Source: Ruditapes philippinarum
Taxonomy: Eukaryota
Direction: 5' to 3'
DNA: 64,000 bases
Assembly: GCF_026571515.1 (NCBI RefSeq)
Contig: NW_026861373.1
Location: 1 to 64,000, forward strand
The translations under genes and the position numbers were made by a program. The notes below the pieces were generated by a model that was not told the DNA's origin, ran no database searches, and saw nothing but the letters and a program-made list of their open reading frames with translations. Positions 51,841 to 64,000 of the stretch are shown here, one piece after another; the first letter of the stretch is position 1, and each line of letters opens with the position of its first letter.

Positions 51841-52575
51841 CATTTAGAAGAAGTAGTTGTTGGCAATGAGGCAGATAAATCTAACAAGCATGGAGCCAAA
51901 TGCTTAAAAACTGCTGGAATGGTTGAAGTTATGAACAAAGACGAAAGAAAGCATTTGTTACTTGATTCTCAGATTGGTTTGAATGATTGAACTTAATTTT
52001 AAATACTATCTCGATTCCAATCGTTCAAGTATCAATAAATTCACTGCTCTGAGAAACTAAAAAAGTATGGCGATAAAAAATACGGTGTATTTGATATTTG
52101 TTGTAGTTTGAATAATTTTTCTGCAACGTATTTATACATCAAGTTGGTAATTTATGAAGCAATGTTCATGGTCTAATTATGAAGAAAGCGTACCATATCA
52201 TAAGCCTCACTTAACTTATTATGCACAGTTTATAATAATGATTATTTCGTGACTTTAATTTTAATTGTTTTCAAGACTAAATTATAGTTCATATACGACA
52301 ACAGTTTAATTCTCGTCAGATATGACTGGTATGACTTTCATTTATATATACTGTAATAATTTCATTTTGTTGGAGAACTAATAAAAGCTAATCATATTAC
52401 GGGCTTTAAAAAAGAAAATGGATGCTTCCTACTCTCAAGCGTTTATCAGTCTGCTACACGACCTTATGATGAAATGAAATGTGCAGCTGTTATGTTTAAG
52501 GATAAAGTTATTAGGACTACGTTGGTCCTAAATATGTGATGACTTCATTTTATGTCATTAAGTCCTTTGTAACAG
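51841..52575 (+). pseudogene. Pseudogenised family member: dileucine linker exon (51841-51976) plus disrupted first protease exon (about 52376-52575)
   Basis: KDERKHLLLDSQI matches A's EEEKEHLLANSNI. The protease exon reads SQAFISLLHDLMMK/CAAVMFKDKVIRT/VGPKYVMTSFYVIK with frameshifts (including a duplicated tgaaa) and His to Tyr. No last exon found. Confidence 0.8.
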
Positions 52576-53395
52576 GTTTGGATTGTTAAATTTCATATAT
52601 TACATTTTTTTTTAAAAATAGTTATTACTTTTACTAGAAATTACTCATTGTTTGCAAATAAAAAGTAGAACAAGATTGCAAGCTATTCATAGTCGATATT
52701 CTTAAAGTATCACCATCCTTAAGATAACTTCCATTTTGAAGAGTATTTAAATTGACTGACTACAAATGGTAGGTCGTCTTTTTTCGCACTTAAACAAACA
52801 CATAAGCACGCGCACATGCACGCACTCGCATGTTTAAAGTTTTTAAAATTAAAGGGACCTTTACTAATGATGCATAAATGTACGATCAAATGGTAACATT
52901 CTACCTACTTATGTATGTGAAGCTAAGTTATTACATAGCATTGTTCTTTCTGTAGGTTCTCAGTATAACGTTATGAAAGGTAGTAGATGTTTCATAATAT
53001 CTAAATGTATAAAGGCCTATTACTTTTTTTTAATTTAGAAGTGTATGCATGTAAGCAGTAAGTGTTCTGTCAATCGATAATACATTTTGAATAAAATTCA
53101 AACTGCTTTTTATAGTTAGTGTATTTGTTACTTTTATCAGGCGACATTGAAACCAAACAAGATCAAAAAGTGTTTATCTATACTGCATAAAACATACGGA
53201 CCATTATTAGAAATAAACCTGAATTTATATCTGCACACAAGTTATTGATTTAAAGTATAGAAAATTCTTTCGTGTAAAATCTAATTGGAGTAATTGAGTC
53301 CCTTCTTATCTTGCACACAAGTTGGTTGTTCACAGGCCTTTGTTCTCCGTAGACGATCAAAAGACAATTATATGTTTCTAACCTTGAATATAAAT

Positions 53396-54174
53396 CATGA
53401 TTATACGGAAGCCCTGGAGGGACATTTATTATTTAAAACTTATTACTTGTAGACTATTTTTTATAACTTATCACTTATTATTTACAGACTATTACTTATA
53501 TTTAGTATTAAACAACGGCATGGTTGGCAGGAAAAAACTGTTAACATCAAGACAATTACTGGAAAAGATGAAGGAGAACATCATTTATAGAAGGTCATAT
53601 AATACGGAAGCCCTGGGAGCAAAATTATTATTTATTAACTTAATATGTTTAACATAATCATCAATTATTATCTATTACTTATTATTAATAACTTAAATAA
53701 TCTTAGTTACATAAAATGTAAGAAGTATTTAGTTTTTACATATTTATTGCATACATTAATATAATCAGACTACAACATACACAGATTTTAAATGATATAT
53801 TCGACTGAAATATGTAATAAGTGATAAATAATAAGTGATAGATAATAAGTTATAAATAATAAGTAATATATTATAATTGATAATTATGTTCAACATATTA
53901 ATTAATAAATAATAAGTAATAAATAATAATTTTCCTTCCATGACTTCCGTAAAATATGACCTTAAATAAATGATGTTCTTACGGCACGGTTCTCCTTCAT
54001 CTTTTCAAGTAATTGTCTTGATGTAAACAGAGATTTTTCCTGCCAAACATGACGCAGTTCAATACTAAACATAAGTAATAATCTGTAAATAATAAGTGAT
54101 AAGTTATAAAGAATAGGTAATAAGTAATAATTTTTAAATAATAAATGTCCCTTCAGGGCTTCCGTATGATTATG
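53396..54174. mobile_element. Foldback (near-palindromic) element, about 780 bp
   Basis: Arms beginning catgattatacggaagccct and ending agggcttccgtatgattatg are reverse complements over more than 300 bp. Confidence 0.8.
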
Positions 54175-54730
54175 GTACCGTTTGGACAAATGTTTTAAGC
54201 AACACAGATACTACAAAATTGTTTAGAAGACAAGTAATTAACCTTGTGCAGAACACAAAATATTTCTTCACTTTATTGTATTAACCTTATCACTAATAAC
54301 CAGTGTTAATTTGAAATACTACATGAATCATAAAGGTACTTAAACGTTATCTTGATTAAAACGCACGCGTTATAGTCGTCAATTAAAGTTTATCTATCCT
54401 TTACTCTAAAAATCCATAATTTATTGTGGCCTATTTGTACCCTGTCGTGTTTTCGCTTCTATCACTATTATTTTCTCTGTTGTTACAATAAGTAAACCCC
54501 AGAAAAAATGAGCGAATAAATGGGCACGCTTTGGAGTGCGTGCAACTAATACCTGCACTCGAGGTAACGCATAGGTTACGATTTAAATCTGACACATTTT
54601 CAACAGAAAGGTCCCCAAACTATGATACAACTATTTTAAACCTCTCTGATCCGTTATAATCAGGTACACCTACGCTTGCTAAATATTGGATACCCGATAT
54701 TTTTTTTTACGTATCATCTAAAAATAAAAT

Positions 54731-55028
54731 GGGAAAACCCAAACAAAACTAAAAATAGTAAGAACTTGTCAACTTGACAATAATTTGGTGGCGTGATATT
54801 TACAATGAATTTGACAAAAGCTTTTCCTGAACAAGACATAACTTAGTAAATAGGTACTTTATATCCATGATGGTTATAAAGCATCCATTTTAAGCTTTGA
54901 TATTCATAAACGATTACCATACGTTCTTTTATTTTGACGGGACAACCGGGACGGAAAGGAAAGAAACCATTAAAAGGAAGGTTTCTTAAGTGATCACTAT
55001 TTCTTCAGATCTTTCCAAAACTGAAACT
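54731..55028 (+). promoter_or_regulatory. Candidate immune-type promoter of gene C (Rel-like GGGAAAACCC; IRF-like GAAA repeats)
   Basis: gggaaaaccc 54731-54740; ggaaaggaaagaaacc 54953-54968; aaaactgaaact 55017-55028; strong donor aag|gtaaga at 55143. Confidence 0.3.
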
Positions 55029-57965
55029 CTAAAACTGTGTCACAGAAATATCGGATTTATAAGAATTAAAACTTAAGCAGTATATCATTCAGGTGCAAAG
55101 GATCACCATATTAAAACATAGCTGTAAAAGAAGAATGATTAAGGTAAGATATATTTTCTTTCATTTTTACCCCACCCGTTCTATCTTAATAATATGTGTT
55201 TTGTGTAATCTCACATGGCTTGATGTATATTGATTGTCTACAATCTATAATCATTTCATTCACGTTAACGCCATTTTGTTCTCAATCAAGATACATAAAA
55301 GTCTCAATTAAGTTATAGTTAATGTAGCGGCATGGTTGAGTGGTTAGTGCGTTTGTAAATTGGCAAGCCATTATTTCCTTGAGCATGATAAGATATTTTA
55401 CACTCATTGCTACGTACTAGTTTGATCTTAAAACGGATTAGAGAGTGCATCTTTAAGCTTATAGAGTCCAACACAATCGAACAAAAATAAGTTCGATACA
55501 AATTGAAATCAAACAAAGCTTTGTTAATTACCATTGGATAAACATGTTAGATACATAATCTCCTTTGAAGAGTGTTCATTTTCAGTCAAGAAATATCAAT
55601 TCCCACTGGAGTTATATCGTGTTTTTATACTTTCTTCTTTTTATTTGTCTTTATAATATATATTTGTGCAGGTTTCTATTTCATCAAAACTGAGAAATAA
55701 GATCGCTGTATTTTTACAAGTTTTCGTGTCAATTTATACACACATGTACTATATGATGTCCAGATATTGTCTAAGCGAAATTGGTACTTTGAAGGAGGTA
55801 TACTTTATCCTATTCAAATTAACATCCTAAAATTTGATTACAAACTGAGGCTAAAGAATGGAACATGAACGTACAAGTTTAAATGCCGTCAGTCATACAA
55901 TTTTGCAGGAATGACGAAATAGAACTTGGTTGTGGCTCAACCTGGCCTAAAACAAAATATATGCAATGTTTGAAAATGATATCAAGGAAAAACTACGTGG
56001 CACTTTAAAATATACATTAAAACATAAGTGAATTTAATTTTTAAGGTACTACAAAATTTTAATATTAAATGCTAAGAAAAAATAGTTTGCTGATAATAAA
56101 AAAATCAACATGATATTGTTACTTATATCATTATGTTATTGACAAACTTGTACATACCCTTTTGTTTCAAACCACCAATGACAGGGACCACAGTGGAAAT
56201 AAAGAGACAATTATTTCCCTTTGTGTATTTTCCCTTGTTTTGATGTGCATTTTTCTTTATTATTATAAATTCATTTTTATGTTTTATAGCTAGTCTGTTG
56301 AATCATGCATCTAATTATGGAAATGCTTTGAATGTATATATACACTTACCAAAATAAATCTATTAACAAATTAAAAATTGTATGGTCTTTTAAATAAATA
56401 TGTAGATGTTAATGAAGCACAAACGTATTACATAAGGCAAATTCTGTATTAGATATTAAGATGATCTATAATTCAAAAGATAGTATCATATTAATATTTT
56501 GCAAGTTTTAAAAAGTATCACTTCTTTCTGGTTATTCATGAAATATGTTATTGTAAAAGAAATAATATTTAAATGTATAAACTAAGTTAACTATGATTTT
56601 TAAATTTAGTAATTTTAAATTGAATCAGAAAATATGCCTGCATGTAGGCATTATTTTGACAATTTATTCATTTGAAATTAGATCAAAATTGAAAATAGCC
56701 TTATAAGTGGAACAATTTTGTATGCTGTTTTACATAAAAACTATTTATTCAAAAAATGTTCCATAAAAGTGATACACAATTAAAGCATTATTAACATTGG
56801 TGTCTGATTCAAATACTTTATATTTGCTTATCATTAATAAATGCTAGGAACCTTTTCCTCTTTAGTATGAATTTAATATTAAAAGCGGAGAAATATATAT
56901 GTTGCTATTTACAACTAAAATATAATATCATAAAAACAAATAACAGAAAAATGTTAAAGCAAACAGGCATAACTCATTGCTTTATAAAAATAGAAACAAC
57001 AACAAGAACAACATCAACAAGCAGATTATAAAAGTAGTTCATACACATAAATATTCCTTTTTGTGTAATTTAATAATGTTGTATACTACATGTACAAAAT
57101 TACCTATAAAGTTTTAAGATATGAGTTATATATTTTTATTGATGGTGACAAAAGCATAATATAACCACCTATTATTGAGCATGTCTATAAATAACATTTA
57201 AGTAAGCCAATGAAAAGTTATTTTGGTCTGGGTTTTCCGATCTATTTGAAATTCATACTAATGGTGCATTGTAAAGTGTATATGCCATATGTAATATAGA
57301 CTGTCTACTTTTGACATATACAGGTAAAGTCAATGCTTGTATAGAGGTATAATTTCCTTGAGTTTGGATAATTTACACTTTGTAAAACCTGACCTAGACA
57401 ATGTAATGATATTTTGATTTAATGGCATACTCTAAAGGTTAACCGTGATTACTTATTTACCTAATTTAGGTGTACTTTCAAAATATATACATATACATAT
57501 AACCACACAAATATGGTTAACTTGTTAAGGTTAAATAGTAAAGCCTTTTATATGAAAAAGAAAACATCAACATTGAAATGTGATGGGACAGGAGTTTGAG
57601 GTGGTGGCCGGGATTAAGCTTTTATAAGTAAAAACAAATTCTTGTTGGATGATTTGAGGATGTTATTTCATTAATCTTAATTTTGCATGACAATTACTAG
57701 TTAAGTATGTTTTGTAATGACTGATAATAGCAGTCTTTTCAGTGACAAACGCGAACATGAATTTAAAAACCTTAAAATAATAGGTTCATATATGATTTAA
57801 ATTAATGGATTGTAAAGCATATTGAATGAAATGGATTTAAACTATTCTTGTTGTCGAGATCATCCAAATCTCAAATGGAAATATTTTCGATAAGAAAAGA
57901 ATACTGAAGTATAGTTACTTGTATATATTGAAAGTTAATGATAATAACAAAGTGATTAAATTATA

Positions 57966-59505
57966 TGGAAAGCCTTGACTGTCTTATAATTATAAACCTG
58001 AACATTGTTATGTCCAAATAGCAATATATTGAGTCAACCTCTCCTTATACAACGTGCATTCATCAATATATTAATATGTTGATCCATCTTTATAATTCTA
58101 TAGTCAACCGAACAATATATGATGTCAATGTATCTCTTTATATGATGTCAATATATCATTATACTATGTGCATTTTTGAATATATTATGTGGAACCAGCC
58201 TTATTTAAGGTCGAAATAACCGAAATAACTATATTTTATGTCAAACTGTCCTTTTATGGTGTCAATACGTCATTATAAGATGTGAAATTATGAATTTATT
58301 ATCTGGAACCATCTTTATATAGTGTCAACAATATATGATGTCGATGTTTACTTATAGTATGTCAATCTATCAATGTACAATGTGCATTTTTCAGTATATT
58401 ATATAGAATCGTCTTTATATAGAGTCAACTTAACAATATATGATGTAAATGTGTTCTTATATGATGTAAATCTTTCATTATACGATGTGCATTAATGAAT
58501 ATATTGTGTGGAACCATCTTTATATAGAGTCAAAATTACATTATATTATATAGAACCGTCTTTATATAGAGTCAACTTAACAATATATGATGTAAATGTG
58601 TACTTATATGATGTAAATCTTTCATTATACGATGTGCATTAATGAATATATTGTGTGGAACCATCTTTATATAGAGTCAAAATAACATTATATTAGTATG
58701 TAGAACCGTCTTTATATAGAGTCAATTTAACATTATATGATGTGTATCTGTCCTTATATGATGTCAGTATTTCATTATATGACGTGCAATTACGAATATA
58801 TTACGTGGAACCATCTTTATATAGAGTCAACTTAACATTATATGATGTAAATGTGTCCTTATATGATGTCAATCTTTCATTATACGATGTGCATTAATGA
58901 ATATATTATGTGAAACCATCTTTATATAAGTCAACTTAACATTATATGATTTAAACGTCCTTATATGATGTCAGTATTTCATTATATGATGTGCAATTAC
59001 AAATATATTATGTGGAACCTATCTTATATAGAGTCAAAACAACACTTTAGTATGTAGGATTGTCTTTATATAGAGTCATCTTAACAATATATGATATAAT
59101 TTACTTTGAGTTTTCCCTCTGTCGCCACGAACGGTGCATAGTGAGATATAACCCGGTAAATTTAACCCCATCAGTATAATGACAGAAGCACAGGATATAA
59201 TGATGTTTGCACTTCATATAAAGCAGGGGTCGTATAACAATAGATGCACATCGTATAATGAAAGATTGACATAATATATTGATAAGTTGACTCTATATAA
59301 TGGTTCTACCACATCATATTTTCATAAATGCACATTGTATAATGATTGGTCGACATCATATAAAGACACATTGACATCATATATTATTCAGTTGACTTCA
59401 TATAAGGATGCATCTACATAATATATTCATGAATGCACATTGTATAAAGAAAGAGTGACACAACAACGTTCATTTTTACAATTATAAGACAGTCAAGGCT
59501 TTCCA
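57966..59505. mobile_element. TA-flanked TIR element carrying a minisatellite array (21-bp subunits, ~105-bp higher-order unit)
   Basis: ~45-bp TIRs tggaaagccttgactgtcttataat / attataagacagtcaaggctttcca; tandem tatatgatgt units at about 58040-59090 and inverted at about 59200-59460. Confidence 0.8.
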
Positions 59506-59695
59506 TAAAATTAGGTAAATAATGTATATTGTGTTGAGGGTGATAACGCTGGTTAAACACATAGTTATATTAATTACTGAACAACTTTTTGCTTGTTCCT
59601 TTTAACAGTTTATAATAAAAAAACAAACACTTGGAAGTTGTATATATTGTAACGTGTTTTTTCTAAATGTTTTTTTTTTCTTGCTTTTTTGCTTT

Positions 59696-59727
<32 letters not shown>

Positions 59728-59767
59728 AAATATATATTTGTAACAAATGTACAATTGCTCTATTTAG

Positions 59768-62700
59768 ATGTCAATAGACGAGGCTCTCAGTTTTGGTAAA
59801 ACCTACCACGGCACTATCACACGGATGTCTTTTAGCTCTGGATGGACATTAATGCCAGAAAACCGTACGACAAGTCGTTGTGCTTACCTTCAAAAATGTC
59901 ATCCACAAACTTTGATTGATATCTGTAGATATAGGCAGCGTTACCAAAATCTAGTAAGTTTTTATTTTCTTTTTCGTTAAAGCCTTTACTTTTCAAAGGG
60001 GTCTGCTAGCAGATTTCAAATAAAGTATATGTGTCTTCAAACTAATTTCATTTTCTTTATCATTTCGGTTTACGTTTTTTTTAAACAATATATTAATTCA
60101 GCTGTCGGTGCAATGTTTTAACAAACAATAATACAAGTTTTAACTTGTGAATAATCCTTTTCGAAATAATTAAAAACTCATTGTAGGCGTCTTGTATTTG
60201 GAAATGATTTAGTAAATACTGTTACAGTGAATATCAATATCATATTTTAGATAACTACATCTGGAAGTTCCGAGAGTTTTCAGTTGTTTGGGGTTTCCTT
60301 AGAAATAAAGAAAGATAACACGAATAACGTGGATCTGTTAAATAAACGTAAGCATGATAATTAAATTCTAATATACCGATATATTTAATATAATTCAAGA
60401 TTGATAAATTTTCAAAATGTTTTTTTTTGTTTCCCGATTACACTGAATATTACAACTTAATTTTAACGGTACACTTTATTTTACATTTTTGATCTCATTC
60501 ATATGTATCATGATAACCGTAATACGATATATGAACAACATGTGGGAGCAAAATGTCAAAAACCGATACATTTTCTTTTATGACAGCAGATGAATCGGTT
60601 GGGGACATGGATTCAAAAGACCGAAAGGAGTTCTCATCTGATGAAATATTACATGGCAGGATAAGTGTAAATATATCTATTTGATTATATTGTTTTTTTT
60701 TTTATATTTTTTTTTTGCATTTATATATCTATACATTATTAAAATATCAATAATAATCCTACATATTATTTTTAAAAGACAGACTGTGTACATGCTGTAT
60801 AACAGTGTTTGTTTATTTAGATTCTGACCGCGAAATGTAGTCTTATTTTTAGGTAACAACTACATTTGTAATAAATAACAGGGATGCTATGCATTTTCGA
60901 ACTTCTGGCATAGTACTGTTTAAGAAATAAATGTAACAATGTTTATTACACGTCGTTGGAGTTTAACAACAGATATATCATATTTGAAGTTTCAAAACAT
61001 ATACTAGCATGTGGAGATCGAAGATAAATTGAATTTTATATTTATATATGCATAACGTTTAACATAGAAACCTGTATTACATATTTAGTCTATTTTTGTA
61101 CTTTAAAGATATTATTAGACGAGCTGAAAAGTCTAAATGACGAAATAGATTGCACTCAAGCTTCAAGAAATGCACTGTCGGGGCCAACAAGCAACGAGGT
61201 CTCCTCAGCAGAATTCCAATGTATGTAATAATGATAAAAATGGGTATTTCAAAAATTGCACTTTTATCTTGCATTTTCAATGTCATCGCACATCTTTTTT
61301 ATAACTACTCGTCTTAATCTTAACGATAAACTTGGTTTAAGATAAAGTCAGATTTCAGGTGGTATAGGGTTTTGTAACGAAGTGTTTATAGTCGTTTTAA
61401 ACATTTATGGGATTTATTTTTTACAGGAGTCGACATTGTTTAAGATTTGTAATCACTTTATCTTACTACTTAATATGAAAAAAAAACCAACACGTTTTGA
61501 TTTAACTAGAGTTTATTTCACTCAACAGTAAACAGGGAGGTCATATAGTTTTTACATATTAAATACATGATAGGTTTTTTTATTATAATATTATTTTTTT
61601 ATAATTTGGCAAAGTTGACCAACTCATTGAATGGCAGGTCAGAGGTGTACCCAAGTACCCTTACTTTTACAAAATGTGATTAAAATTTTGTGTAGCATTT
61701 ACTTGATTTTCTTTTTTTAATATATGAAGGAAAGTAATCTACATTTTTGTTTTTTTATCAAAAATTTATGGAATGTTTAGCTTACAATAAATAAGATGAA
61801 TTTTTTATTTTACTTCACTTATATGTACTATTTTGCTCAAGGTATGAAAAATGTCACAAGCACAATGTGTGGACAGAGAAGAAATATGATACGGCATGAT
61901 CATAGCGGAAACCGTTATATTGTCACATTGCAGGTAATAGTTAATAGTTAATGTCGGTGATCGTAAAAACTTCAATTAATCATTAAGCCTAAGTGAAGTT
62001 TATTTTTATCTTAAGTAAATGAAATATCGCAAGGTAATATTTTTAAGATAATAACTCCAACCTGTTTTGTAAGGTTTTAGTTATCGAAAGCGGTGTTCGA
62101 TTTCATCACTATACATACTTTATTATGTTATCTGAATAGTTTCACACTGTTGATATTTTAGATACTATATACATTAGCATGCATTCACATGTTTAACATA
62201 TCTAAGGTTTCAATCATTTTTTTTTGTAATAATTATAATTAAATTATTTTGTTACATTCTCATTTATATCAAGGTTGCAGCACTTTTAGAGAAAAGTTCA
62301 TGGGCTACCAGATATAAAAACAGCATTGAATTTTCTGATGAAAAGTCGCTTAATTTGATGACCCAAGGATACATTGCATACCTTATATACCTGGAAACTA
62401 AAATGACCATGATGGAAGTTATTATCATGGACAACAAACTTCATGTGAAAGTTTTTGTCGAACATATACAACAATGGATGTATAGTATATGTGAAGGCAA
62501 ATTAGACAGTAAGACACTTTCAGAACTCATTGCAAATAAAGTATTCTTTTCAAGTACATGTAGTTTAGAATTATTGCAAAAATGTTGTGTTAGTCGTATA
62601 AATGAAACGATCAATTTTAGAATAAGATTAAACAAGAGTGGGCGACAGTCGATAGATACAAGTGATTGGTTGTTTGTATGTGTACACATTACAATGAGAA

Positions 62701-64000
62701 GATATATAAGTCGCGCATAATTTCCCAGACATAAGGTTTACAGTTTAGCTTTGTAATGTGTAAGTACACTTATAAGTTAGATATATTTTTTGTATATCAA
62801 CTGCAGTCCTGAGGCAATGGACACCTTCATATGTGTAATGATCGAATTATATCAAAGGTAATATAATAAGTAAACACATTTTAAGAAATGTTTTTTCCTT
62901 CTTTCAATTTCAGAAAAGAAGTCTTTACAAATGGCAAATGAACACATGATTGACGCATGCACTCATCAAAAGGATGACACAGATCAAGTTGAAGTTGAAG
63001 TTGACAATCGTACACAAATAAAAAAGGAGGGAGATTCTCATGTTATTCAGGCTGTTTGTGGTCTAATTTTGACAATTAAAACCAATAGCAGTCTAGTATT
63101 TCTTATTCGAATAACACATGTCGACATAAATGTCAATTATTGCCTGAGTAGAAATGCTTGATCTTTAAGGCCCAAAACTGTTAATATTGTATCATTTTAT
63201 CATTATAAAATAGCAATTTTCAAAGTTGAGAGATCATTAAGGTTTAAATACAGGAGTTTTACAGAAGATGCATGAAGAAATCAAAATTATCTAAATGTTT
63301 GAATACTTATTTAAAGTCATTTTGGTTATTTTGTAGGAACAGAAAGGAGACAAATTAAATGTCATTGATGAAAAGGAGAAAACCCAAATAACCCAGATGC
63401 ATGGATGGTTTTTCTGGTTCCTGAAGGTAAATGTTTCATTTTCAATGTCATTGAATTATCCTGAAGTTTATTAATTTCTCAAGGATTGTTTTATATCTTA
63501 GAGACATTTCGGATTATCTCTAATGAATAAGATATTTGTAAAGCATTTATGCCCTTCGACTTGGATGTTTGAAATATTGAATAAATTTTACGTAAAGTAA
63601 AAGGAAATGGATATTGGCAGTTGTTTAATATTTATAACTATTTCATGCCTGATATTGTTTGTTCTACATTTAATGCATGTATTACAAATATAACCCGACC
63701 CGACAAAATAAATCTGTAATTACACTCGAACGTGATCCGAAATTACGTTGGATTGAATATATAGTGTTAATTTTGCAAGGTATATAATAAAAGGATTATT
63801 ATTAGAGTATCTTAATTTTACTTAAACGAATCCGTTTACGCACCCCCTAGTGCAAACCATGAGAGCCAAATACAAGTTCCAGATAAAGATGCTCAAATAA
63901 AAGACTCGTATAACAAAAACTAGTTTTTTAAAATACGTAATGTCTTAAAATGTTGTTTTATATTTCAGGTACTGTTATGGACGATAGTTATACTACGTGG
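59768..64000 (+). CDS. Gene C (5' part, runs off window): TRADD-N-like domain followed by a hydrophobic leader/TM
   Basis: Exons 59768-59953, 60251-60347, 60587-60655/60664, 61842-61933, 62274-about 62661, 62914-about 63040 (donors uncertain), 63337-63426, 63969-. Possible first coding exon ending at 55143 (ATG ATT AAG|gtaaga). The modelled end reads MHGWFFWFLK|VLLWTIVILR. Confidence 0.65.

Noticed and set aside
58040-59090. CRISPR-like array
   Set aside because: Eukaryotic context, no unique spacers; a tandem minisatellite inside a TIR element.

Overview
AT-rich, intron-containing animal DNA with one 780-N assembly gap (27204-27983). Its SINE and Helentron-type repeat content suggests a bivalve, probably an oyster (inference). 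Splicing the exons by hand reveals a + strand tandem cluster of an unusual gene family. Gene A (123-15466, 14 exons, 839 aa in the modelled exons) and gene B (35209-48381) each encode, in order: a hydrophilic N-terminal extension, an internal signal-peptide-like segment, a TNFR-like Cys-rich ectodomain, one EGF-like domain, a single TM helix, a cytoplasmic linker with an acidic dileucine motif, and a cytoplasmic FAM111/Trypsin_2-type serine protease with an intact His-Asp-Ser triad. This looks like a 'receptor protease'. B's linker also carries RHIM-like sequences. Between A and B is a protease-only module (21641-23151) with Arg at the oxyanion-hole Gly position. After B come a pseudogenised linker+protease fragment (51841-52575) and the 5' part of gene C (about 55135/59768-64000). 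C has a TRADD-N-like domain followed by the same intron-split hydrophobic leader. The rest is introns and intergenic DNA with MITEs, nested hAT/Harbinger elements, foldback elements, Helentron-like elements and SINEs. All models come from manual splice-site and frame analysis; no RNA or database evidence was available.
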